Positions 56,523 through 64,000 of a stretch of DNA of 64,000 nucleotides are shown here, piece by piece. Source of the DNA: an uncultured Candidatus Saccharibacteria bacterium (lineage in GTDB: Bacteria; Patescibacteriota; Minisyncoccia; Phycocordibacterales; UBA6899); NCBI GenBank assembly GCA_964469335.1, contig CAYXYK010000003.1, positions 196,674 through 260,673 of the forward strand, given 5' to 3'. The translations under genes and the position numbers were made by a program. A model generated the notes under the pieces. The model did not search any database and was not told the DNA's origin. It saw only the letters and a list, made by a program, of their open reading frames with translations. Each line of letters begins with the position of its first letter. Position 1 is the stretch's first letter.

Positions 56523-57702
56523 CAAGAGTAAAATCGAGGAATTATCGAAACGACTCGTCGAACCCGAGTGGCTTTTTGATTGGCGTAAAGCTGCGTTTGA
56601 AAAAATCACGACACTTCCGCGTGATGAGAAGTATGGCATTGCCATCTCGGCACTCGAACTTAAAGCAGAACCGGAACTTTCGCAGTATCCCGACTACGAA
56701 GTGAATGCGTCGAAAGGACTTGAGTTGTACACCTGGAAGGAAGCGATGGCACAGGAAGAGATCGCTCCTATTCTCGAGAGACTACTCGGAAGCCCGCTAC
56801 TCCCGGCTCCCGTTTCGAAAGAACAGGCGCTCGGGCGCGCATTCTTCCAGTCCGGACTCGTCGTATACGTGCAGCCACATGTCGATGACAAGGGTGAGTA
56901 TCAGAAAGAGACGCTCGATCTCACTACCACGCTTTCCTTGGGTGCCGCATCGGACATCGTCATTGTCATAGCGAAAGAAGGTGCTCAGCTTAGTATGCAG
57001 AGCATTCTCAAAGGCGGTGAAGACTCGAGCATCTTTCTTCGTACCTTCATCACACTTATTGAAGGAGAGGCGAAAGTGAATCTGGTTTCTCGCACAGATA
57101 ATGTGCGGGGTTTTGTCAGTCTTGAACACCGCGCACTTGTCTCCTCATATTCAGCAATCGATATTTACGAGGATCCGAGCTCGTCTTCGCTTTTGCGTTC
57201 CGATATCGAGACACTCCTCCTTGGACAGGAGGCATCATCGACACTCACTCATGTCATGACCGCAGAGCATGCATCGCAATTCGATGTCCACGCACATACG
57301 GTCCATCACGCATCTGACACCACTTCAAATATTTACGCACTTGGAACCGGAGGCGGCACTTCGCGCACCGTCTATCGTGCTGCGGTCAATATCAAGCCTG
57401 GGATCAAGGCTGTAAAAGGCGCCCAAGAGGGAAAGTTCCTTGTCCTCTCTGATACTGCCGAGGTGGATGCTATCCCTATCCTCGATATCGCTTCGAACGA
57501 AGTCGCATCCACTCACAAGCTCTCGGTGAGCCATATCCGAGACACTGATCTGTTCTATGCCAAGTCTCGCGGCCTCTCGGATGACGACGCACGTTCACTT
57601 ATCCTCGAGGGATTCTTCGGATCACTCTTTGAGAAACTCGGGAAGCAGGATTTAATGGAGAAGCTGACAGAGCGGCTGACGCGACTCGTCACCGCGAAAT
57701 AA
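56512..57702 (+). CDS. sufD: Fe-S cluster assembly protein SufD
   Basis: Paralog of SufB immediately downstream with overlapping start. Confidence 0.85.
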   Translation: MSDNKSKIEELSKRLVEPEWLFDWRKAAFEKITTLPRDEKYGIAISALELKAEPELSQYPDYEVNASKGLELYTWKEAMAQEEIAPILERLLGSPLLPAPVSKEQALGRAFFQSGLVVYVQPHVDDKGEYQKETLDLTTTLSLGAASDIVIVIAKEGAQLSMQSILKGGEDSSIFLRTFITLIEGEAKVNLVSRTDNVRGFVSLEHRALVSSYSAIDIYEDPSSSSLLRSDIETLLLGQEASSTLTHVMTAEHASQFDVHAHTVHHASDTTSNIYALGTGGGTSRTVYRAAVNIKPGIKAVKGAQEGKFLVLSDTAEVDAIPILDIASNEVASTHKLSVSHIRDTDLFYAKSRGLSDDDARSLILEGFFGSLFEKLGKQDLMEKLTERLTRLVTAK

Positions 57703-57703
57703 T

Positions 57704-58918
57704 ATGACTTGCAACCCAAACACCCTAAAAAAGGATTTTCCTCAACTGACGGATAGTGCCTATCACTATCTTGATTCTGCTTCGTCGTCGTTGGTGCCGT
57801 CGGCAGTGCTCGATGTCGTGAACGATTTCTACATACACGACAAGGCGAACGTACATCGTGGCGAATATGCCGCTGCAGTCCGCGCGACAGAACGCTACGA
57901 GGCTGCACGCAGAGATGTTGCGGATTTCATCGGCGGACACCCCGACGAAGTGATCTTCTCCGGCGGAGCGACCGAAGCTTCAAACATGCTTATCCGCTCA
58001 CTCGACGAGACTCTTGAGTTCGCGCCAGGGGACGAGATTGTCACCTCGGTGATGGAGCACCATGCGTCGATCCTCCCGCTCCAGCAATTCGCCAAAAGGA
58101 AGCAGTTGGTACTCAAGCATATCCCGATCAATGAGGATCTTACCCTCGACTATAATGAAGCAGCCAAGCTCATCACCGAGAAGACCAAACTTCTCTCAGT
58201 CATGCTTGCTTCGAACGTCATCGGTACCGTCAACGACCTTGCCCGTCTCTCAGATCTCGCACACGCAAAAGGCGCGATCGTTATTTCTGATGCGACTGCA
58301 GCAGTAGGTCATATTCCTGTCGATGTTCGTACGCTCGGTGTCGACATGCTGTTCTTCTCGGGGCACAAACTGCTTGCCCCCACCGGTGTCGGAGTGTTGT
58401 GGATGAAACATGACTTCGCAAAGAAATTGAACCCGAGTGAATTCGGTGGGCACATGCTCGATGAAGCAACGCTGACTTCAGCGACATGGGCAGAGGCCCC
58501 GACGAAGTTCGAGGCAGGAACGAAGGATATCGGCGGAGTGATCGGACTCGGCGAAGCAGTGCGATATGTCAAAAAAATCGGTGTGGAGAGCATCCACGCG
58601 CACACAAGTGTGTTGGTCACCCGTGCGATCGAGAAACTCTCACAGATTGATGGTGTCCATATCTATGTGCAGCGTGATCTGACACATAATGTCGGGATGG
58701 TGAGCTTTACCGCCGACTGGGCGCATCCGCATGACATCGGAGAGATCGTCGCACGAGACAAGACGGCGATCCGCGCCGGGCATCACTGCGCGATGCCGCT
58801 CCATTGTGAGCTCAAGATCAAAGGGACGGCGCGTGCAAGTTTCCATCTTTATAACACCGAAGAAGATGTTGACGCTCTGGTGTCCGCAGTCAAGAAAGCA
58901 TATAAGGTATTCAACTGA
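57704..58918 (+). CDS. sufS: Cysteine desulfurase SufS (class V aminotransferase)
   Basis: FFSGHKLLAPTGVGVLW (PLP Lys) and RAGHHCAMPL (catalytic Cys loop). Confidence 0.9.
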   Translation: MTCNPNTLKKDFPQLTDSAYHYLDSASSSLVPSAVLDVVNDFYIHDKANVHRGEYAAAVRATERYEAARRDVADFIGGHPDEVIFSGGATEASNMLIRSLDETLEFAPGDEIVTSVMEHHASILPLQQFAKRKQLVLKHIPINEDLTLDYNEAAKLITEKTKLLSVMLASNVIGTVNDLARLSDLAHAKGAIVISDATAAVGHIPVDVRTLGVDMLFFSGHKLLAPTGVGVLWMKHDFAKKLNPSEFGGHMLDEATLTSATWAEAPTKFEAGTKDIGGVIGLGEAVRYVKKIGVESIHAHTSVLVTRAIEKLSQIDGVHIYVQRDLTHNVGMVSFTADWAHPHDIGEIVARDKTAIRAGHHCAMPLHCELKIKGTARASFHLYNTEEDVDALVSAVKKAYKVFN

Positions 58919-58919
58919 T

Positions 58920-59285
58920 ATGGATCCACTCTATCAGGAAAACATCCTCGACCATTACAAACACCCGCACAATCGGATGTTCATGGAGGGCGCTGACGTC
59001 GCACAGAAAGGCCACAATGCGAGTTGCGGTGACGATCTTACACTCTATTTGAAATGGAATGGGGAAGAGCTGAGCGGTATCTCATTCGAAGGATTCGGCT
59101 GTGCGATCTCCCAGTCAGGTGCCTCGATGCTTACCGATAAGGTGAAGGGAATGAGCCGTGAAGCTATACGAGCACTCGGAGCAGACGACATGAATGAACT
59201 CTACGGGGTTGAGATCGGACCGCAGCGCGAGAAGTGTGCGATGCTCGCTATGAACACGCTCAAAGAAGCGATTGAAGTAAGATAG
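58920..59285 (+). CDS. sufU: Fe-S cluster scaffold SufU (IscU-like)
   Basis: NASCGDDLTLYL ... FGCAISQSGASMLT ... KCAMLAMNTLKEA. Confidence 0.8.
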   Translation: MDPLYQENILDHYKHPHNRMFMEGADVAQKGHNASCGDDLTLYLKWNGEELSGISFEGFGCAISQSGASMLTDKVKGMSREAIRALGADDMNELYGVEIGPQREKCAMLAMNTLKEAIEVR

Positions 59286-59312
59286 AAAAAACGGCACCCG
59301 AGGGTGCCGCTT
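59285..59312 (-). terminator. Terminator hairpin (minus-strand sense)
   Basis: aaaaaacggcacccgagggtgccg. Confidence 0.45.
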
Positions 59313-59339
59313 CGAACAGGGTTGAGCGCAGGGTACCTT

Positions 59340-59660
59340 TCACCGCACGTACTTGGCGGGCCAAACGGCCACGCCGGGCGTGCTTGCCGCAGCGACAGCG
59401 ATGAGGCAGTGAAGGAATGAAGCGAAGGCCAAGACGATGGCGATCCGCGCTTCGTACCCGGACGCATACACCGAAGGAGAGACGTAGTTGAAGTAGAGGA
59501 TGAACAGCATCACCACGAAGCCGATGATCCCGGAGGCGAGAAGCCAGCGCGGGATGAAGATGGACCCGCCGTCATCACGAACGAATGCGAACTGCAATTG
59601 ATGTCTCCTGTGAATGTGGAAAGAACTGGACGCGGGGGATATAGTATGATACAAAAGCAT
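59340..59660 (-). CDS. Small membrane protein, hypothetical (antisense insertion within the suf locus)
   Basis: 2 TM-like segments; has a downstream terminator; start uncertain. Confidence 0.35.
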   Translation of the reverse strand: MLLYHTISPASSSFHIHRRHQLQFAFVRDDGGSIFIPRWLLASGIIGFVVMLFILYFNYVSPSVYASGYEARIAIVLAFASFLHCLIAVAAASTPGVAVWPAKYVR

Positions 59661-59662
59661 AC

Positions 59663-60391
59663 ATGTCAATTCTCGAATTGAACGACATTTCCGTAGTCGC
59701 TGGCGATAAGACCCTTCTTGAAGGGGTCTCTCTTTCTGTGGAAAGCGGCAAGGTCCACGTATTGATGGGACCGAACGGTTCTGGGAAATCCTCGCTCCTC
59801 AACGCTGTGATGGGCCACCCGAAGTACACGATCACGACCGGCGCGGTAGTCCTCGACGGTGAAGATATTACTTTGCTTGCTCCTGAAAAGAAGGCGAAAG
59901 CGGGACTCTTTCTGTCGCTGCAGCACCTTCCTGAGATCGGAGGAGTCACTCTCACTAACTTCATGTATCGTGCATACAAGGAGACCAAAGGTACGAACAT
60001 GAGTGCGCTCGAATTCTATAAGCTGGGGGAGAAGCAGGCACATGATGCGGGTATCGATGCGAGCTTCCTTAAGAAAAGCGTCAACAGCGGACTCTCAGGC
60101 GGCGAGAAGAAACAGTCAGAGCTCCTCCAACTCTTAGTGCTCGAAGCGAAGATCGCGCTTCTCGATGAGATCGACTCGGGTGTCGACATCGATGCGATGA
60201 AGAAGGTGTACGCGAGTATCAATCTCCTCAAGGAGAAGGGAATCGGGTTCTTGCTCGTCTCTCATCACCCCAATGTGCTGGAGTATGTCACTCCGGACAC
60301 AGTCTCGGTCATGCGTAGTGGGAAACTTGTTGCATCAGGAGGGAAGGAACTTGCAGAACGGATCATGAAAGAAGGATTCGAAAAGATCTAA
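59663..60391 (+). CDS. sufC: Fe-S cluster assembly ATPase SufC
   Basis: Walker A GPNGSGKSSL; ABC signature LSGGEKKQSE; Walker B LLDEIDSG. Confidence 0.9.
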   Translation: MSILELNDISVVAGDKTLLEGVSLSVESGKVHVLMGPNGSGKSSLLNAVMGHPKYTITTGAVVLDGEDITLLAPEKKAKAGLFLSLQHLPEIGGVTLTNFMYRAYKETKGTNMSALEFYKLGEKQAHDAGIDASFLKKSVNSGLSGGEKKQSELLQLLVLEAKIALLDEIDSGVDIDAMKKVYASINLLKEKGIGFLLVSHHPNVLEYVTPDTVSVMRSGKLVASGGKELAERIMKEGFEKI

Positions 60392-60393
60392 AC

Positions 60394-60687
60394 ATGGAAA
60401 CACTCACTAAAGAGCACATCATCGAGTCACTCAAGACGGTCAAGGATCCCGAACTCCATATGGATATCCATACACTCGGGCTGATCTACGGCATCGAAAC
60501 AGGAGAAGACGGTATCGACATTCTCATGACACTGACCACCCCATTCTGTCCTTACGGTGATGAGATAATCCAGAACGTCGAGAAGACGCTCGGGAAGCGA
60601 TTCGGCGTCGAGGTCCGCGTCGACATCACTTTTGAGCCGGAGTGGGAGCCCTCGGAAGAATTGAAGATCGAGTTAGGTCTTCCGTAA
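60394..60687 (+). CDS. sufT: SufT/DUF59 (MIP18 family) Fe-S assembly protein
   Basis: VKDPELHMDIHTLGLIY ... LTTPFCPYGD. Confidence 0.7.
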   Translation: METLTKEHIIESLKTVKDPELHMDIHTLGLIYGIETGEDGIDILMTLTTPFCPYGDEIIQNVEKTLGKRFGVEVRVDITFEPEWEPSEELKIELGLP

Positions 60688-60699
60688 AAATCGAATACG

Positions 60700-60740
60700 C
60701 AAAAGAACACCCGACTGCTTAGCGGTCGGGTGTTCTTTTG
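60700..60740. terminator. Bidirectional intrinsic terminator
   Basis: aaaagaacacccgactgcttagcggtcgggtgttcttttg. Confidence 0.55.
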
Positions 60741-60760
60741 CGTTTGAGCGTCTCGTGTCG

Positions 60761-61570
60761 CTAATTAGTCGGATTCTGCTGTGAAGCTGCAACGAGTCCG
60801 ACGACCGTTTTCACGTTATCGTACGGATATGCTCCGTTGATTGCCATCTGCTTGCCCGTCTTCTTGTTCCAGATCACCGTGTATGGAGTACCTTTCACAC
60901 CGATGGTGACTCCTTCGGTGAAATCGCGCTTCACTCGCTCTTCGAATCTTCCACTTGCGATGCAGGTCGCCATCTTGTCCTGGTCAAGTCCGATCGCGGC
61001 AGCGAGTTTGGGGATCTGGTCCGGGGCGATGGATTCGGTGTCGGGTTCGAAGAATTTGTCTTCCAGTTTCCAGAACGCGGTATTGCCGCCTTGCTCTGCT
61101 GCGCATTCGAGTGCTTCTCCTCCTTTTTGTGCATACGGATGGATCTGATCGAGAGGGAAGTGGCGATAGACATAAGCGAGCTGTCCGTTCTTTCCGTATA
61201 CATCCATGATCTTCAGCATCGTCTCATGGAAACGCTGACAGAAGGGGCACTGTGCATCACTATACTCGACGATGACCACATCGGCATTGGGGTTACCGAG
61301 CACGTGGTCGTCAGGCTTGATCGCAAGGAGTTCCGTCGGAGCCTGCTGTGTGTCGGCACCGACCTGGGTCTTTGCGGGGACCTGATCAGCAACTGCGACG
61401 GTCGTGGTCGGTTTTTCCGTGAAGAGGATCGCACCTGCAATGAGAATACCCGAAAATACGATCGCAAGAGGAATGCTGAGATTATCTTTTTGCTTCGTTT
61501 CTACGGGTGAGAATTGGTCCTCCGTTCGTTCTACTGTTTTTTGCGTTTCGTTTGTGCGCGGTTCTTGCAT
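60761..61570 (-). CDS. DsbA-family thiol:disulfide oxidoreductase with N-terminal TM anchor
   Basis: CPFC active site in YSDAQCPFCQRFHE. Start MQEPRTNE at 61570. Confidence 0.7.
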   Translation of the reverse strand: MQEPRTNETQKTVERTEDQFSPVETKQKDNLSIPLAIVFSGILIAGAILFTEKPTTTVAVADQVPAKTQVGADTQQAPTELLAIKPDDHVLGNPNADVVIVEYSDAQCPFCQRFHETMLKIMDVYGKNGQLAYVYRHFPLDQIHPYAQKGGEALECAAEQGGNTAFWKLEDKFFEPDTESIAPDQIPKLAAAIGLDQDKMATCIASGRFEERVKRDFTEGVTIGVKGTPYTVIWNKKTGKQMAINGAYPYDNVKTVVGLVAASQQNPTN

Positions 61571-61764
61571 GAATATGAATGTTAATGCCGACTGATCAGG
61601 CTGAATAAAGTACAAAAAGTATAACATGACGAAATGTGCAGACAAACAGGAACTGCAAAGTTTCCGGACTGAAATTTGACAGAACGGCTTTTTCTTGGAT
61701 AATGAACCGGTGTTACACGGCACGCACGAATGCGTCGCCGTATTTCATCTCTCGAACTACCGCT

Positions 61765-62397
61765 ATGCAGAACAGAAAACCAAGAAAAGAAGACCAAAAG
61801 AAGCAGAACGCAAAAGACCAAGGCGTTGGCCCTTACCATGCTCGCTTCATGCGCGGCATCAAAGGAAGTGACTCGATCATGGAAACCCCGATGCCCCAAG
61901 TTGCATTCGTTGGACGCTCGAATGTAGGGAAATCCTCGACACTCAATGCACTGCTTGGAGTGAACGGTCTCGCCCGTACGTCCCAAACTCCCGGTAAGAC
62001 CCAGGAGATCAATTTCTTCATGGTAAGTGGAAACATGTTCTTTGTTGACCTCCCTGGATACGGATACGCCAAGATGCCGGAGCAGGAAGCGGAAGACATA
62101 CGCAAACACATTCTTTGGTATCTCACCGGTGGTGAAGCTCATCCAAAATATCTCGTGCTCATAGTTGATTCACGCCATCCGCTCACCGATTACGACAAAG
62201 AACTCATCGGCGCGGCAAAGGCCGAAGGGCACCCACTCTTGATCCTTCTGAATAAGATCGACACTCTCAATCAGAAAGAGCGTTCTCTCATGCTCCGTAC
62301 CTACAAAGAGGAGCTTGGAGACATTCCTCATGTTCCGTTTTCTGCAAAAACGAAAGAAGGAGTTGCCGAGGTACGAGCGCTGCTTTTCGCTAAGTGA
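61765..62397 (+). CDS. engB: Ribosome biogenesis GTP-binding protein EngB/YsxC
   Basis: G1 GRSNVGKSS; TPGKTQ; DLPGYG; NKID. Confidence 0.8.
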   Translation: MQNRKPRKEDQKKQNAKDQGVGPYHARFMRGIKGSDSIMETPMPQVAFVGRSNVGKSSTLNALLGVNGLARTSQTPGKTQEINFFMVSGNMFFVDLPGYGYAKMPEQEAEDIRKHILWYLTGGEAHPKYLVLIVDSRHPLTDYDKELIGAAKAEGHPLLILLNKIDTLNQKERSLMLRTYKEELGDIPHVPFSAKTKEGVAEVRALLFAK

Positions 62398-62532
62398 CCC
62401 TGTCAGTTTTCTGGGGGGCAGCGGGTGCTTTCATCTAAGAGTCACAGAGGCTTGAGTGCAAAGCAAACAAAATGATTCACGAGGGCATTCCATGTGTGGA
62501 TAACAATATAAGAAGAATCATCTATAATAAGA

Positions 62533-62808
62533 GTGATGCACAACGTATCACTCCTTGTTCTGACTTCACCCGGATGTACTCACTGTCAGCACTTCCTTGA
62601 ATTCTGGCAAACCCAGAAAGACGAATGGAGGAATGTGACGATGAGGGAAGTTTCGGTGCTGACCGAGGAGGGACAGTCACTTGCTCGGGAGCATGGGGTG
62701 TTCGCGTCACCAGGGATCATCCTCAATGGAGAACTATTCTCAAGTGGCGGGTATGATGAGCTGGAGTTCTTGGGTGAACTCGAGTCCCACAGCAAGGATC
62801 ACTCGTAG
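62533..62808 (+). CDS. Thioredoxin/glutaredoxin-like protein
   Basis: CTHC (CxxC) active site. Confidence 0.6.
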   Translation: MMHNVSLLVLTSPGCTHCQHFLEFWQTQKDEWRNVTMREVSVLTEEGQSLAREHGVFASPGIILNGELFSSGGYDELEFLGELESHSKDHS

Positions 62809-62819
62809 GTACTTTACAT

Positions 62820-64000
62820 ATGAAACAGCCATTACGACATGAACGTTCGATCACGATATTCTTCACGAGTATCGCTATTCTTGTGCTCATCTTCAGTTCA
62901 TTGTTCGCGTTCCTTTGGGCGATGCTTCAGGGCGGCACTATCCCGAGTGATACCTCATTCTGGTTCATGTTCGCCTTCATTTCCGGGTTGATGACTATCT
63001 TTCTTCCTTGTACGCTCCCTTTAGCGTTCGTCACTGTGCCGCTCGCAAGGGAGAAGTTCATGCTTCGCTCGCTCGGAATGATACTCCTTTTTGCGCTCGG
63101 AGTGTTTGTCGTACTTGGTCTTTATGGTGGGGTACTTGGTGCATTCGGGTCTTTTTGGATGGGGTTGTTCCCGGGAGAGGCACTGCTTTCCATCGTCGCG
63201 TGGGTGTATTTTTTAGGCGGACTTTATGCGTACGCACTCTCGTTGGGGGAGCTTGGGCTATTGCCGCTTCGCATGCCTACATATACAGGAAGGAGTCCTG
63301 ATTTCATCACCAAGAAACGTGGTGCAGGAAGGATGTTCTTTATGGGGCTTTTCCTCGGTAATGTCGGTGTCGGATGCCCGTTTCCCGCTGTACCACTGCT
63401 CCTCATCAGTGCCGTTCTCTCTGGGAGTGCAAGTTATGGTGTCACGTTGTTTCTCATCCATGCGATCGGGCGTATCCTACCTCTTCTCGTGCTTCTCTCG
63501 CTCGCGACAGTAAATGTCGACGGATTGAGTTGGCTCGTTAAGCACAAAGCCCGCTTCGACAGAGCGAGCGGTTGGGTGTTCATCGTGTTCACGGCGTTCT
63601 TGGTGACAGTCGGAACTTACTCGCATCAGTGGTTCTACTCTACGGAGATATACAAGACGATAGGCTCATCGCTAGGGAAGATGATGTCGTCGATGCCCAC
63701 TTCGCTGTCATATGAAGCTGGAGTTTTCGGGGGACTCATTCCTGGTGCAAGCACCGCATTCCTTCTCCTGATCATCATCCCGCTCTGGTGGGGATATTTC
63801 AAAACAAAAAGCCAGACGATCGGCACCCCGCTCCAAAAGATAAAGAGGCTTGAGCATGAGATAGAGCATCTACTTCTCGAGGTTCGTGGCCACGAGGTGG
63901 CACTCCACATCCCTGAGGGTAAGCAGCATGAACGTGTACGTGATCTCGACAGGCATATCGACACACTCCTCTCGAAACGTCAGATCATCGAGGAAGGTGC
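62820..64000 (+). CDS. Cytochrome c biogenesis CcdA/DsbD-family thiol-disulfide transporter (3' end outside window; absent from the ORF track because it has no stop in the window)
   Basis: Manual translation from ATG 62820 is open to the window end. Conserved motifs FLPCTLPLAFVTVPL and GVGCPFPAVPLLL. Multi-pass membrane protein. Confidence 0.6.
   Translation, partial: MKQPLRHERSITIFFTSIAILVLIFSSLFAFLWAMLQGGTIPSDTSFWFMFAFISGLMTIFLPCTLPLAFVTVPLAREKFMLRSLGMILLFALGVFVVLGLYGGVLGAFGSFWMGLFPGEALLSIVAWVYFLGGLYAYALSLGELGLLPLRMPTYTGRSPDFITKKRGAGRMFFMGLFLGNVGVGCPFPAVPLLLISAVLSGSASYGVTLFLIHAIGRILPLLVLLSLATVNVDGLSWLVKHKARFDRASGWVFIVFTAFLVTVGTYSHQWFYSTEIYKTIGSSLGKMMSSMPTSLSYEAGVFGGLIPGASTAFLLLIIIPLWWGYFKTKSQTIGTPLQKIKRLEHEIEHLLLEVRGHEVALHIPEGKQHERVRDLDRHIDTLLSKRQIIEEG

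Noticed and set aside
63008-63513. Track ORFs 63008..63301 and 63226..63513 (+)
   Set aside because: Manual translation shows a continuous open frame from 62820 to the window end, encoding a CcdA/DsbD-like membrane protein. These two short ORFs are out-of-frame artefacts inside it.
1-64000. CRISPR arrays, rRNA or tRNA genes, transposases or integrases anywhere in the window
   Set aside because: No regularly spaced direct repeats with unique spacers were seen. There are no tRNA-like cloverleaf signatures and no recognisable recombinase motifs (DDE, tyrosine-recombinase R-H-R-Y or serine-recombinase) in the translated ORFs.

Overview
The window is mostly GC-rich (about 55-60% GC) bacterial chromosome, interrupted by an AT-rich island of about 11 kb (roughly 6.7-17.8 kb) that looks horizontally acquired. 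Backbone genes: the 3' end of rpoC (runs in from nt 1), a dnaG-rpoD operon (the sigma factor carries a lysine/alanine-rich histone-H1-like N-terminal tail), a suf Fe-S cluster locus (sufB-sufD-sufS-sufU ... sufC-sufT), a tandem-duplicated hfq, engB, a thiol-disulfide cluster (DsbA-like, thioredoxin-like, CcdA-like running off the 3' edge), an FKBP isomerase, a Na+/H+ antiporter, Hsp20, a PadR-PspC pair, and a SET-domain protein. The AT-rich island carries two restriction-modification-like modules. The first is a tightly coupled four-gene operon: a GHKL/histidine-kinase-like ATPase, a receiver-domain protein, an HNH endonuclease and a gamma-class N6-adenine DNA methyltransferase. The second is a Type I-like HsdR followed 1 nt later, in another frame, by an HsdM carrying a fused single target-recognition domain. 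Between 19 and 36 kb lies a cargo-like stretch of small, mostly uncharacterised or stress-associated genes, mainly on the minus strand. At least ten of them are terminated by near-identical copies of one intrinsic-terminator hairpin (GCGCCGCACCTTGTGGGGTGCGGCG). Inside that stretch is a plus-strand cluster: GreA-like, thymidylate-kinase-like, MoaA/viperin-type radical SAM (translationally coupled to the kinase), CYTH triphosphate-tunnel enzyme, and a second GreA/Rnk-like gene. I consider it a candidate nucleotide-modification or antiviral module. Two ArsR-family regulators are each bracketed by their own long palindromes. No tRNA, rRNA, CRISPR array, integrase or transposase was recognised. All calls rest on reading motifs in the sequence and ORF track; no database search was run.
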